Virus record (IMG/VR): IMGVR_UViG_3300021963_005763
Span: 1-64,000 of that record
Origin: a virus
Reading direction: 5' to 3' (one strand)
Length of the DNA stretch: 64,000 nt
Shown: one piece after another, positions 9,161 to 20,133 of the stretch
How the letters are laid out: every line of letters starts with the position of its first letter
Position numbering within the stretch: the first letter of the stretch is position 1
Notes under the pieces: model-generated
What the model saw: the letters and a program-made list of their open reading frames with translations, nothing else
What the model was told of the DNA's origin: nothing
The model's database searches: none
Made by a program: the position numbers and the translations under genes

Positions 9161-9444
9161 GTTTGAACAGGGGAGAACTGAATCCTTTAGATGTTCTGGG
9201 CCTGAGGAAATTAAACTTCATCCCAGAACATTTTCAAACCATCACAATAGAGACAGGATTTCAAGATATCAAAAAAATAGACCAATGGATTAACTACCAC
9301 TTAAATAGTAGATATGCCATTGAGCACACTGTGACCTTAGATCAGACAAGTAAAAAAATTACTCAGGTAACTATTATCGGATTAGAGGATCCAAAAGAAA
9401 TTACCATGCTAAGTTTAGGGTGCCATTTTTTACATCAAAAATAG
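9157..9444 (+). CDS. Hypothetical protein
   Basis: ORF track; ATGA overlap with the VWA gene. Confidence 0.7.
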   Translation: MSLNRGELNPLDVLGLRKLNFIPEHFQTITIETGFQDIKKIDQWINYHLNSRYAIEHTVTLDQTSKKITQVTIIGLEDPKEITMLSLGCHFLHQK

Positions 9445-9452
9445 GAGAATAT

Positions 9453-9656
9453 ATGGAAAACGATTTACCACAAACAAATGATACATCTACTGAGACACCA
9501 GATCTTAATGTAAATGATCTAGCAAATATTAGATCAATTATTGATGCTGCTGTTCGTAGAGGTACTTTCACTGCTAAAGAAATTTCAGGAGTAGGCGCAG
9601 CCTATGATAAGTTAGACAAATTTTTAACATCCATCGAAAGTCAAAAACAACAATAA
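9453..9656 (+). CDS. Small hypothetical protein
   Basis: AGGAG RBS before ATG 9453; the track start at 9420 is probably too early. Confidence 0.72.
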   Translation: MENDLPQTNDTSTETPDLNVNDLANIRSIIDAAVRRGTFTAKEISGVGAAYDKLDKFLTSIESQKQQ

Positions 9657-9666
9657 AGGAACACCT

Positions 9667-10320
9667 ATGAAACATGTAGGAAAAATGAAGAATAACTCTG
9701 CTAAGGTTGCTGTAGCATATAGAACTTTACCAGGAGATTCAACAAGTGCCTTAGTTGTAGGTACTAATGGTCTTCCAGATAGTCATCACGACGCTTTGAT
9801 GAGTCTCATAGAAAGTGATGCTGGACAGCAAGCCAATGAATTAGCAGACATGCTAGCATCTCGAAGATTTCCGGACGGTAGTGTAATGCTAGCTTATCTT
9901 CATAATAATGGTCATCTAACAAAAGTACCAACAAGTATGGTTCTAATGACCCCCAATACTGTAACTCAATTACCGTTAGATAAACTTAATGAGTTGATTG
10001 CCAAAGATAAAGGGGTAACTGTAGATGAACTAGCAGTTAAGGACGAAGGTGCTCAACGTCAAAAACCAGCAGCAGAAACTAAACCAACTATCCCGCCGGC
10101 TAATTCACCAGAAGCAATTAAACTTGTTGACGAGGCGCCATATCATCCAGGATATGAAGGTGCTGTAATAGAAAAGCCAGTAACAGCCAGTGATCTTAGA
10201 TCAATGGCAGATAAACTTTTCAAAGAAGCCCAAGCACTTAGAAAGAAGGCTGATGAAATAGAACCACCTAAACCGAAAGTTGTAAAAGCTAAAAAAACAG
10301 TAGAAAAATCTAATGAATAA
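9667..10320 (+). CDS. Hypothetical protein with Lys/Pro-rich C-terminus
   Basis: ORF track; AAGGA RBS. Confidence 0.78.
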   Translation: MKHVGKMKNNSAKVAVAYRTLPGDSTSALVVGTNGLPDSHHDALMSLIESDAGQQANELADMLASRRFPDGSVMLAYLHNNGHLTKVPTSMVLMTPNTVTQLPLDKLNELIAKDKGVTVDELAVKDEGAQRQKPAAETKPTIPPANSPEAIKLVDEAPYHPGYEGAVIEKPVTASDLRSMADKLFKEAQALRKKADEIEPPKPKVVKAKKTVEKSNE

Positions 10321-11200
10321 TCCTGAGTATGTGTATCTAAATGTATTAAAGGATATTTTAAATACAGGTGAATCTAAACTAGATAGAACAGGTATTGGTA
10401 CCATTAGTAAATTTGGTGTCCAACTAAGATTTGATCTATCAAAAGGATTCCCTGCCTTAACAACAAAAAAACTAGCATGGAAGTCTGTTGTAAGTGAATT
10501 GTTATGGTTCATTGAAGGTAGTGGCGACGAATATAGATTAAGAGAAATTTTACACGGTGCTAGATATTCTGATAAAACTACAATTTGGACTGATAACGCC
10601 CAGGCCTCGTACTGGACATCTAAACGACTTCAACGTCACCCAGGAGACCTTGGACGGATATATGGTGTACAATGGCGTAGATGGCGCAAACCATTAATTA
10701 GAATCAACAAAGTTGTTCTTCAAAATCATGATCAGTTACTTGAATTAGTAGATGGCTTAAAAAAAGACCCGTTTAGTAGACGGCATATTATTACAGCATG
10801 GAATCCGGGAGAACTAGATATTATGGCATTGCCACCATGTCACATGATGTCTCAATTTCATGTTAGCAAAGATAAAAAACTAAGTTGTCAGATGTACCAA
10901 AGATCTGCGGATATGTTCCTCGGAGTGCCATTCAACATTGCTTCATATGCTTTATTCACCCATATGCTGGCGCAGATTTGTGGATACACAGTAGGTGATC
11001 TAATTATTGTTCTTGGAGATGCTCATATATACAATAATCACATCGAACAGGTCAAAGAACAATTGTCAAGAAAACCATATGAACTACCCGAGTTGTATCT
11101 AAATCCAAGCATTAATGAAATCACCAAATTTACTATGGAAGATATAGGGCTTGTAAATTATCAAAGTCATGATGCTATAAAAGCACCTATGGCTGTTTAA
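10313..11200 (+). CDS. thyA: Thymidylate synthase
   Basis: DRTGIGT, FPALTTKK, ELLWF, YGVQWR, ALPPCH, YQRSADMFLGVPFN (dUMP-specifying Asn), GDAHIYNNH. Confidence 0.96.
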   Translation: MNNPEYVYLNVLKDILNTGESKLDRTGIGTISKFGVQLRFDLSKGFPALTTKKLAWKSVVSELLWFIEGSGDEYRLREILHGARYSDKTTIWTDNAQASYWTSKRLQRHPGDLGRIYGVQWRRWRKPLIRINKVVLQNHDQLLELVDGLKKDPFSRRHIITAWNPGELDIMALPPCHMMSQFHVSKDKKLSCQMYQRSADMFLGVPFNIASYALFTHMLAQICGYTVGDLIIVLGDAHIYNNHIEQVKEQLSRKPYELPELYLNPSINEITKFTMEDIGLVNYQSHDAIKAPMAV

Positions 11201-12465
11201 ACAACCATTACTTCAATAATACCATGACCGTCTGATGAATGAGACTCTAATGCTTTAGCAAAAACAGCATTAGGATTATCTCCTTTTTCATAGGCCCTTC
11301 CATGTCCTTGGACTCGACCTGTAACCAATAAATCACCTTTATGAATCCATCCATGTACTTTACAGGGAACTCTGCCTTTTAGAGCAATAAATGGATGTGT
11401 TGATTGATCTCCTGCATCCTCATTCATTCTATAGGCAGGTCTTACACTGACAATACCCGCAACTGAAACATCTGCGTCAATCGAGCTTATAGTAACTTCA
11501 TTTCTTCCGCCAATGACGAGTACAGTACCTTCACTATATACTGCATCAGCATGATATCTTTCAGCAAGGTCACTATATCGAGCAGCCGTAGCAATAACAT
11601 TCAAAACATTTGTACTAGGATTATAAAATAAACCAGTGCTTATGTAGGCAATACTGGCAGATGTAGCAGAAGCAGTAGATATAAAAGGAAGATTATAATT
11701 GGCATTTGTATTAGTAGCAGTAAATTGGAATCCGGCTGTGCTATCTGCAACTGTAGCTCTATCAGATAAAATAGAATGAGCAGCTGATCCCCAAAAATAA
11801 ATCCCCTTGTTAGAACTTATACCCGTTGTTGGATCTGCACCTACTAACGTCACACCTTTTACAATCTTAAAATTATCTGGTGAATTTGATTCTGCAGTGG
11901 GGAATAAGTTGTTAATATTAGTTTTTTGAGTAATATAAGTTTCATTACTCACTACAGCAATGATGCTTTCTTCTGTTCCAACCACCGCTTTGATATTATA
12001 TTTAGGAACGTTATTTCCTATGATAGCATCATATTCATAGTCACCTCTCCAACTTGCTATAAGATCAGCAGCATTTGGAGGTCCAATTAGTTCAAAAGAA
12101 GTCCCATTATGTGCAAAGAGCTGTTGAGATTCTGGATTATACCATAAGTCACCGCTTTGGTAGGTTTTGGTTTCATTTGGGTCAGCTGTAGTGACTTCTA
12201 AATGTCCTATAGGTTTCCAACTTGCCGAATTGTAAACATTAATCTGGTTCCCTACTGAATCGTACCATAATTGCCCTTCAATTGGATTACTAGGCGCTTG
12301 GCTATTACTAAAATTTTCTAATAATTTTAGAAAGTTTTCATTTTGAATTTCACCATATCCGGCAAAATTTCTACCAACCAAAGTAAGATCTGTAGTATTA
12401 TCTATTGCCCCATCTTCAACTGTAGCAACAATTGAACCATTTGTCTTGTTAATTATATAAGCCAT
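11197..12465 (-). CDS. Virion fibre/baseplate-associated protein (paralogue 3) with C-terminal intramolecular chaperone-like domain
   Basis: N-domain GRNFAGYGEIQNENFLKLLENF..NPIEGQLWYD; C-terminus ARYSDLAERY..IALKGRVPCKV..KGDLLV..AKALE..GIIEVMV. Confidence 0.7.
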   Translation of the reverse strand: MAYIINKTNGSIVATVEDGAIDNTTDLTLVGRNFAGYGEIQNENFLKLLENFSNSQAPSNPIEGQLWYDSVGNQINVYNSASWKPIGHLEVTTADPNETKTYQSGDLWYNPESQQLFAHNGTSFELIGPPNAADLIASWRGDYEYDAIIGNNVPKYNIKAVVGTEESIIAVVSNETYITQKTNINNLFPTAESNSPDNFKIVKGVTLVGADPTTGISSNKGIYFWGSAAHSILSDRATVADSTAGFQFTATNTNANYNLPFISTASATSASIAYISTGLFYNPSTNVLNVIATAARYSDLAERYHADAVYSEGTVLVIGGRNEVTISSIDADVSVAGIVSVRPAYRMNEDAGDQSTHPFIALKGRVPCKVHGWIHKGDLLVTGRVQGHGRAYEKGDNPNAVFAKALESHSSDGHGIIEVMVV

Positions 12466-13481
12466 TATGCGATCCTTACTACATTAGTAAAGGTATTACC
12501 CACTATTGGGAAATAAGTTGTACCTGTAGATGGATACACTTCATATGCCTCCCAAGCTTTTACACCTACAACACGTTCCTCTAACCTATAATGACGTACC
12601 TCTGTGGCTGTAAATGTACCACTTGTTAATAAAACTTTTACCTCAGATAATACAGAAGTAGCAGACGTCCATGTATTAGTAGCTGTTGAAAATAGATAAG
12701 GTAAAATTTGTAAGCGAACTATATTATTTGTAGCAGTATATGTTGTAGTAAACGCACCTATCCATCCAGAATTATAACTAGCCGTTAGAGTCTTATCAGG
12801 AGTTTGAACTATGCCGCCAGAGACTCTAAGTGTACCACCTACAAATAAATCTTTATTCACACTAAGAGTACTTAAAATATTTGTACCTGAATAAATTGTA
12901 GTTGTATTAGTATTAATTCCGTAATAATAGTAACTGGTAGAAGTATTAGCGATAAAAGTTGTAGTAGACAATATCATAACAGGTCTACCATAACTGTAAA
13001 TTACTGAACAAAATTTATTAGCATCACTACCGTACTCACGAACAGCATAAGTAGTAGGAGGTGGTTCAACTCCAAATTTACCCAAATTAGGATTAGTTTT
13101 AGGTCCTATAATATTCCAAGAACCGCCCGCATATACATTTAATTGATCGTTGTTGTCATCAAACCATAATTCACCCGTTCTAGGCTGAGCCGGTGAACTA
13201 GAACTTACTACAGCGTTTAGTAGACTACTCCAAGCGCTACCATTATATACTTTTAAAGTTTCATTTTGTGAATCATACCACAATTGCCCTTCTTGTGGAC
13301 TTCTAGGACCTGTGGTATTTGCAAAAGAAGTTAACAATCTTACAAAATTATTATTGACAATTTCCCCATAGTTATTGACATTTTTTCCTATTAGATCTAA
13401 GCTAGTAGCAACATCGTCAACTTCTCCATTAGCGATATTAACTAAAACCGTTCCGTTATTATTATATACAGTGTATGCCAT
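12465..13481 (-). CDS. Virion fibre/baseplate-associated protein (paralogue 2)
   Basis: Same N-domain (GKNVNNYGEIVNNNFVRLLTSF..PQEGQLWYD); TAATG-coupled to the next gene. Confidence 0.7.
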   Translation of the reverse strand: MAYTVYNNNGTVLVNIANGEVDDVATSLDLIGKNVNNYGEIVNNNFVRLLTSFANTTGPRSPQEGQLWYDSQNETLKVYNGSAWSSLLNAVVSSSSPAQPRTGELWFDDNNDQLNVYAGGSWNIIGPKTNPNLGKFGVEPPPTTYAVREYGSDANKFCSVIYSYGRPVMILSTTTFIANTSTSYYYYGINTNTTTIYSGTNILSTLSVNKDLFVGGTLRVSGGIVQTPDKTLTASYNSGWIGAFTTTYTATNNIVRLQILPYLFSTATNTWTSATSVLSEVKVLLTSGTFTATEVRHYRLEERVVGVKAWEAYEVYPSTGTTYFPIVGNTFTNVVRIA

Positions 13482-13482
13482 A

Positions 13483-15258
13483 TTAAGTCTTAATTATGTA
13501 ATAAATTGTTCCTGTAGTAAGGGCCGATGTTACATTTGGAACTTGGAAAAAACCTGCGGCTACAGTTGCGGATGTAAACGACCTGCCAATTACTGAATAT
13601 AAACTTGCATATGCCCCTGTAGCACTGTATATTAAACCGTTACACAGCAGGAAGTTATTATAAACTGTCGATGTGGTACTTGTAGACCAAGGCATGATCG
13701 ATCCTGTAGGAACAAGTGCAGCATAAACATCTCTAAGAAAGTTGGCCTTGCTAATTGATTCTAAATTGGTATTAATTGTGCTTGTATCAAGTACCAATAA
13801 ACTATATGTACTAGTAGCAGTATTTGTAAATGGCTGTGTAGCTATGGCACTTCTTTGTAGAGTGGCCGTGAAAATAACATTTGTAGATCCATCAAAACTC
13901 ACAGTACCAGTAGTAGCAACTTGGCCAACAATACTAAATGCACGTGATGTACCTAGTTTTGTAGCTGTTCCATATAGATTACCATAAAAATTACTTGTGC
14001 CAGTTGTACCAAAAGAACTAGCATATATTTTTCTAAATCTTCTTGTCGATGATCCTATATCATACACATCATCTTTCCCTGGATCAACTATCAATCCTGT
14101 TCCTATAGTTGATCCAACAACTATTCTACCTGTAAATGTACTCAATCCCGTGATAGATAAAGATCCCCCTACCGAAGCATTACCTGATACATTTATACCG
14201 CCACCATTACCAATAATCAATGAATCGGATGAAGCAAAGCTTATAGTCACCGTGTTATTAAAACTAGCGCCACCATTAACTTCTAAGGCAGCACCAGATG
14301 CATTTGTATTGGTCATGATACCGACGCTTTGATTTACAGGATCAAAGGTCAACCAGCTCCAATTCTCTAAACCTATCCGAAATTGTTTTGTATCATCGCT
14401 AAAATAAATTCTAGCACCGTCTATCGTACTGTTAATTTGTATAGTATGATTATAGGTAGCATTCTTTACTTTTAAGCCATCTGTCGAATTTACGATAAAT
14501 GTACCAGTATGTATTTGACTAGCAATGTTGTTTCTTAAAAAATCAGTGGCTCGTAAACTGGAGTTACTGGTCAAAACAAGAGAATCTGCTTTTGTTACAA
14601 TACCATTGTACCTAGCATTTACTCTAGTTGTTAAATTTGTACCTGTTGAAATTGAGGAAAATCCTTCAATGACTCTTTTTGGTGTAAATGATGTGTAACT
14701 TATTATTTCTACAACTTTTCCATTAGACCAATTTAATATTACAGGTTGCTCAATGTTATTTGTATCTGTTAGAGTAGTAGCTTCCGGTCCTGTTTTATCA
14801 CTGCCAGAACTAATTGTTGGTCCAACTATTTTCCATTCCGTACCATATCTTAATTTAAGTTGACTGTTAGCAGTGTCTACCCAGAGGTCTCCCTCGGCAA
14901 CTGTTTCTTGATATTGAATATATGGGTCATTATTCTGAGTAAAAATTCCACTGGCAGCAGGCCATCTACTGCTAGTGTCACTGCCATTACTTACTCGTAA
15001 AACTTTTCTGCCAGGGATACTAGTGTCGTACCATAATTGCCCCTCAATAGCGTTTTCAGGTGCATAAGGGCTTGAAAAATTTTCTAATAAATTTAAGAAA
15101 TTTTGAGCGTAAGCTAATCCATAATTAGGATATCCAGGTCCTACTAAACTAAGACTTGTATCATAATTGTTAATACCTGACCCTGTATTAGCTGAAGGGA
15201 CTACAATTGTCTCAGTTTTAAAAGGATTAGAGTATCGTAAAACGTATGGATTGGCCAT
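13483..15258 (-). CDS. Virion fibre protein (paralogue 1) with C-terminal tail-collar domain
   Basis: Same N-domain; C-terminal VPTGSIMPW..FLLCNG..YASLYSVIG..FQVPN..YYIIKT collar motif. Confidence 0.75.
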   Translation of the reverse strand: MANPYVLRYSNPFKTETIVVPSANTGSGINNYDTSLSLVGPGYPNYGLAYAQNFLNLLENFSSPYAPENAIEGQLWYDTSIPGRKVLRVSNGSDTSSRWPAASGIFTQNNDPYIQYQETVAEGDLWVDTANSQLKLRYGTEWKIVGPTISSGSDKTGPEATTLTDTNNIEQPVILNWSNGKVVEIISYTSFTPKRVIEGFSSISTGTNLTTRVNARYNGIVTKADSLVLTSNSSLRATDFLRNNIASQIHTGTFIVNSTDGLKVKNATYNHTIQINSTIDGARIYFSDDTKQFRIGLENWSWLTFDPVNQSVGIMTNTNASGAALEVNGGASFNNTVTISFASSDSLIIGNGGGINVSGNASVGGSLSITGLSTFTGRIVVGSTIGTGLIVDPGKDDVYDIGSSTRRFRKIYASSFGTTGTSNFYGNLYGTATKLGTSRAFSIVGQVATTGTVSFDGSTNVIFTATLQRSAIATQPFTNTATSTYSLLVLDTSTINTNLESISKANFLRDVYAALVPTGSIMPWSTSTTSTVYNNFLLCNGLIYSATGAYASLYSVIGRSFTSATVAAGFFQVPNVTSALTTGTIYYIIKT

Positions 15259-15262
15259 TTAA

Positions 15263-15871
15263 TTAAATTCCTGAGCTCAAACTTTGTATTCTAACGGTAT
15301 AATCTACCTGAATCATTCTATTCAAAGATTTTTGAACAGGATGAAAAATAACATGAGTTAGTAAGACACTCTCTTCTGTGCTTTGAGTGTATCCTTTTAG
15401 ACCCAATTCATCAAAAACAAAGGTGCCTTCTGTATTAGTTTCATTATCAAAAGCATATTGACCATCTGGTTCATTAAAATCTAATAAACAACTTACTAAA
15501 ATATCACTATAATAAGTACCTGTTCTGTGTCTAACTTCCATAAAATTGCGGGCAGGGTCAAAATTTTGAGGATCATTAGCATCAACAATTTTTGAGTAGG
15601 TAGGATTGTATAAATTAGCAGCAGAATATGTTGTATTAGGTGTCTTATAGGTAATTATTCCCGTAGGATCTATACGAGTCCCACCATTACCAAAGTCCAT
15701 AGCATATATGAAACCTCTGCCTAGATTGGCCATAGCTCGTGCCAATCCTACACTAAAATTTTCATAATGGATTGCATTACGTTTGTTTACAAAAACATAA
15801 TTACTTTGAGGATCATATATCTTGAGATGACCCTCAATGTGTAATAATCCGTTATCTTTATAATTGTTCAT
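15263..15871 (-). CDS. Baseplate/virion structural protein
   Basis: IEGHLKIYD..NKRNAI, FVFDELGL, LLTHVIFHPVQKS; TAAATA box upstream at ~15890. Confidence 0.65.
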   Translation of the reverse strand: MNNYKDNGLLHIEGHLKIYDPQSNYVFVNKRNAIHYENFSVGLARAMANLGRGFIYAMDFGNGGTRIDPTGIITYKTPNTTYSAANLYNPTYSKIVDANDPQNFDPARNFMEVRHRTGTYYSDILVSCLLDFNEPDGQYAFDNETNTEGTFVFDELGLKGYTQSTEESVLLTHVIFHPVQKSLNRMIQVDYTVRIQSLSSGI

Positions 15872-15923
15872 TTTATTTTATTCCAATGATATTTATCAAT
15901 TTATAAGATTCAAAAAATTGCGC

Positions 15924-17540
15924 CTATTGTTCTAATTGTAACAGAGTAAGAGTAACAACAATATTCCTAATAACTACATCGTTGTTGGTTACGCTTAGGT
16001 AAATTGTAGATGTACTAGGAGAATCATTATTGAATCCAAATGCTCCTGGACTAATTAATTTTGTCAACCCACCAGATGTAGTTAATGTTTCAACAATTAA
16101 ACCAGAATTATTAGCTACCTGAGTGGCTGTTGATCTGTAAAAATCAGCAGACCTTTGAGCAGCATCTGTATAAATCCTTACCCTGGCTGGATAATTTGTT
16201 TGAATTTTAGAAATCATATATGATTTATATCCTACAATTTCCATTGTAGCTGTACTATTTGAAGCTGTAGTAATATTATCAAAAACTGTGGTCCTACTTG
16301 GTAGTGTTGCCTGTAGACCTTGTACAAAGGTAGCGGTGGTGTAGACTACTAGTCCAGACCCTGTTGTTATCGTAGCAAGTAGATTACCTGTATGATCTAA
16401 AAATAAATGATTATCACTTGAATATCTATGGATAAAACTGCTTAGATTCAATCTTGTACTTGATATTGTTGTGCCACTGTTTATTGTATTAACTAAAAAC
16501 TTTGTACCCTGATCCGATACAGTAAAGTCACTAATCGCTTTGAGACTTATACTGCCTACTGCTACCCCAAAATTTGTAGAACTATTTTGATATTGTCCTC
16601 TATAGTCAATGATGCCTAAACTATCATCTTCTCTTATTGCATTCCTTCTTCCATATGTACCACTACCCCTACCAGCAACAAAAGTGAATCTCAATGTATC
16701 GTCTAGGCTAGCATTATCTGCGTCTAATCCTCCTTCAGCAGGCACACCGACCAGTCTCAATTGACTATTCACAAAATTTACATTTGTTGCTCCATGTCCT
16801 TGTTGAACAATACCATTGTTTCTTGTAACAACAGTGTGATTATTCATTCCAGCATCGCCGAAATACAAATTATTAACACTGATACTGTCACCACTTATTG
16901 ACCATTCTTGCCACAAATGGTTAAAGGCACTAGATGGACTTAATTTAGTATTCGTTGGATGGGTAGATAGCTTGAAACTAGTACCTGCTCTAAGTGTTTC
17001 AGTAAGACTAGATGACCATGTTTCACCGGCACGGAATGACAAAGTTCCTGTTAGAGTATTGACAAACCTTGTACCATCATATCCAGCGAACCCCATTCCA
17101 CCTATAGTATCCCCTGCCTGTAAAGCTGCCTTAGCAGAAGGTGATCCTCTAGCAACTTCACTGGTTATAAGAGGATTTTTAAGACTTAGTGTACCATAAT
17201 TGTCTACATATCCGCGAAGTGTTAAGTTTGTAGGCGAGTTTGATTCAAAGTCATTACTGATAAAAATACTAGTAGATGTACTATCAGAGGGTAATGTATC
17301 CCCTATTGCTATATTCTTCTTTACTGAAAGTCTTTGAAAAGTTGCTGTATTCGTTATGTTTAAACTATTAAAGGTCACGTTACTAGAAGTTGTAACTGGT
17401 TGGGTTAAACCTAGCTCAACTCCAAGCCAGTAAACAAAATTAGGATACCTGATCCTGCCAGTGGCCTGATTGTGTGTGATCAATAACCTGGTTACACTAG
17501 TAGCAGTGAAACTATCTGGTAAGTCAATTGTACGTGGCAT
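15924..17540 (-). CDS. Tail fibre-like structural protein
   Basis: Two RGS..A...D.(I/L)G.(M/I).(F/Y).G repeats; beta-rich C-terminal domain; S/T/N-rich. Confidence 0.6.
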   Translation of the reverse strand: MPRTIDLPDSFTATSVTRLLITHNQATGRIRYPNFVYWLGVELGLTQPVTTSSNVTFNSLNITNTATFQRLSVKKNIAIGDTLPSDSTSTSIFISNDFESNSPTNLTLRGYVDNYGTLSLKNPLITSEVARGSPSAKAALQAGDTIGGMGFAGYDGTRFVNTLTGTLSFRAGETWSSSLTETLRAGTSFKLSTHPTNTKLSPSSAFNHLWQEWSISGDSISVNNLYFGDAGMNNHTVVTRNNGIVQQGHGATNVNFVNSQLRLVGVPAEGGLDADNASLDDTLRFTFVAGRGSGTYGRRNAIREDDSLGIIDYRGQYQNSSTNFGVAVGSISLKAISDFTVSDQGTKFLVNTINSGTTISSTRLNLSSFIHRYSSDNHLFLDHTGNLLATITTGSGLVVYTTATFVQGLQATLPSRTTVFDNITTASNSTATMEIVGYKSYMISKIQTNYPARVRIYTDAAQRSADFYRSTATQVANNSGLIVETLTTSGGLTKLISPGAFGFNNDSPSTSTIYLSVTNNDVVIRNIVVTLTLLQLEQ

Positions 17541-17541
17541 A

Positions 17542-20133
17542 TCATTCTATCCTTATTATTTCATCTAATTCATTTGTTATCGGAACATAATTCTCGTCTA
17601 ATATTCTTGGATCACCACCATAGAAATAGACGTCAGGAAGTTCAGCTTCTTTCTGTCTAATAAACTTAGCCTGTCTAACTTGGCTAGTAAGTAAAGACTC
17701 TGTTCCTGTCCAAATTCTACCTTTTCTATGAGTTATTGTTAAGGTAACTCCAGGTTCTAATCTGTCACCAATATTTAATTTAATCTGTTGGGTAGAGGTA
17801 GTAATTTCAAATTCAGCTAATAAAGTTGTTAATTCTGTACTACTAAAATTTTCATATACCTGTCTTTCAGTCTTACTGAGTGGTCTACCTCCATAGAAAA
17901 CTTTTACCTGATCTATTGCTGGTATAATATAGTTGCCGCCCATATCTGTTTCATTGTTAAGATTAATACCCAGGCCAGTTTGTGTATTAAACGCCGAAAT
18001 AGTGTAGGTTGTAGTATTTGTTGTGCTGGTTGTAAAGACATAGACACTATCTGAAGCGCCTGGTATAGTTTGTAATACGCCTTGATCTATTATTTTACTG
18101 CCTAAATCACTCCATGGAGCAGGACCAGTTCCGCCTGTTCCTCTTCTTAATTGATACAAAGCATTGTCACTTCTACCAAAAAATTCAATACGCTCTCTAT
18201 CTAATAGCACTACACCTGGAACATTTTTAGCATCATTAACAGGACTTAATCTAGATTCGTCGTTTATATAAATTGTTTGATCATCAGGAGCAACTAATGC
18301 TGTAAGAAAAGTAGTATGCTCTTTACTCAAACGTTTATAACTTGTTCGTTCGTAAAAATCGCTGAATATTCTAAATCCGTATACTTGATTAGGAATATCT
18401 GGACGCTTTATGGATGTTGCCATTATAACTGAACTTGGATTCAAATCATAATCATAGGATATCTCGATAGTTCTAGCATCCGATAATACTCTGAAGTCTA
18501 TTCCATGTACAAGAGGAATCCCATCAACATAGACCCACACATAACTATCATCGAGAATAGCTCGTATGTAAGAAAATCTCCTCGATGGGGAGTACTGAAA
18601 TATTTCAGTTTCTAAAAATAAATTATCATGATTGCTAAAACTGGTTACTTTAACCGTTGTATCATTCAAAACACTAGGCTCAAATCTCAAAATATTTCCA
18701 CTTATTATATAATCATAGAGGTTACCTGTTTCACGTTTTTTGTTTACAATCGATATATACACACCATTTTGATATAGCCCAGGTTGTAGAATAATACGAT
18801 TATTAGCGAAATCATAATTAAAATCATATCCTGATCTAATAGGAGTACCATTAGCATAGACCAATATATCAGTAGGATCATATGGACCAATAGGTGTATG
18901 TCCATCATCAAAAAAACTAAAAAATCTATTATTATCAGTAACAAAATAATTGCTAACCTTAGGCGGCATTAACCTACGTCTTATAGTATTCAAACTACCT
19001 GTGCCTGTTTCAACAATTACCTTATCGCTAAAAGGTTGCCATGAAGCTAGCGTTGTATTCAATGTAAGTGTTTGACTACCGCTTACAGTGTAATAATCCT
19101 CTTTAATTTTATTAAACTTTACATCAGGTATACTAAAGAACCACGCAGATAATTGATGCTGCCCTGGGGGTAAATTATAAAAATGTATTGCTGCTCGTGT
19201 ATCTTTGTCTTTATGTATGTTAGGATTACCCTGCCAAGATTCTTCTAAAATATAGCCAAAGTTATTTGTTGATGATGTAGTGAGAGCTGCAACTTCTTGC
19301 CCATCTGCCAGTACATACACATTTTTAATTGATTCAAAACTTGCTAAACTTTCTAATATTACAAATGATGTAACAGTATTGTCTACATAGATTGAGTTTT
19401 CATCGATTAGTCCTGTACCACCTATTCTTACAAAACTATATCCAGCAGTGCCTCTGCTTGGTTGCGGTGGTAATACAATATTTTTACCTTGAATAAAATA
19501 TTGATTACTTGTTGTAAAATTAGTTGTAGTAGATCGTTGAAAAATTTGATCATTAAATGTTACAATAAACCCAGCTGCTGATTCAATACTACCAGTAATT
19601 TGATTTGTTACAGTTGTATTTGCCTCAACTAAAAAAGATCCTGACAACACAGTTGCATATGTTTCCCCCGCCTGGGTATATACATTAATGCCCAGGCTAT
19701 CTGTAGTATGGCCTGGTACTAACTCTTCTGGGGCAAAATCATGTTGTGGAGACATGAATTCGCCACCACTTATGACAGTTTCATTAGAATTAGTAGCTAA
19801 TGCCGAAACTGAATATCCATTTTGCCAACTACCTGCATCTAACGACAAATCTGCGGCGGCAGGTTCAAAATCGTATTTCCAAAATTCAACCCCTGGATCA
19901 GAATACACTGTAGCACTGAAAATGTAACATGTACCGGATGAAAGGTTATTGATTTTTATCAAAGCTCGGCCACGTAGTTCTGTATCTTCTAAAAGATTAT
20001 ACCAAATGGTTGTACCTGTGGTTGCTATTAGAGATTCGTTAACATATACCACAGTTCTAGAAATATCAGCCAAAAGATTATCAGTTACAATGATTGCCGA
20101 ACTAGCTGTAGTTGTTTGATCAATAGTTCTCAT
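17542..20133 (-). CDS. Baseplate wedge-associated structural protein (863 aa)
   Basis: APEELVPG, VYANG/VYVDG..DF Ig-like repeats, PGVVLLDRERIEF..LRRGT.GT; TAATG overlap with the giant gene. Confidence 0.65.
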   Translation of the reverse strand: MRTIDQTTTASSAIIVTDNLLADISRTVVYVNESLIATTGTTIWYNLLEDTELRGRALIKINNLSSGTCYIFSATVYSDPGVEFWKYDFEPAAADLSLDAGSWQNGYSVSALATNSNETVISGGEFMSPQHDFAPEELVPGHTTDSLGINVYTQAGETYATVLSGSFLVEANTTVTNQITGSIESAAGFIVTFNDQIFQRSTTTNFTTSNQYFIQGKNIVLPPQPSRGTAGYSFVRIGGTGLIDENSIYVDNTVTSFVILESLASFESIKNVYVLADGQEVAALTTSSTNNFGYILEESWQGNPNIHKDKDTRAAIHFYNLPPGQHQLSAWFFSIPDVKFNKIKEDYYTVSGSQTLTLNTTLASWQPFSDKVIVETGTGSLNTIRRRLMPPKVSNYFVTDNNRFFSFFDDGHTPIGPYDPTDILVYANGTPIRSGYDFNYDFANNRIILQPGLYQNGVYISIVNKKRETGNLYDYIISGNILRFEPSVLNDTTVKVTSFSNHDNLFLETEIFQYSPSRRFSYIRAILDDSYVWVYVDGIPLVHGIDFRVLSDARTIEISYDYDLNPSSVIMATSIKRPDIPNQVYGFRIFSDFYERTSYKRLSKEHTTFLTALVAPDDQTIYINDESRLSPVNDAKNVPGVVLLDRERIEFFGRSDNALYQLRRGTGGTGPAPWSDLGSKIIDQGVLQTIPGASDSVYVFTTSTTNTTTYTISAFNTQTGLGINLNNETDMGGNYIIPAIDQVKVFYGGRPLSKTERQVYENFSSTELTTLLAEFEITTSTQQIKLNIGDRLEPGVTLTITHRKGRIWTGTESLLTSQVRQAKFIRQKEAELPDVYFYGGDPRILDENYVPITNELDEIIRIE

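Noticed and set aside
10313-11200. ThyA as a dCMP/dUMP hydroxymethylase for DNA modification
   Set aside because: Canonical ThyA motifs throughout, including the dUMP-specifying Asn (GVPFN).
18244-18256. 13-nt match ACTTAATCTAGAT to the second N10 motif of the candidate RNA (49030-49042)
   Set aside because: A 13-mer AT-rich match between a 440-nt query and 64 kb on two strands is expected by chance.
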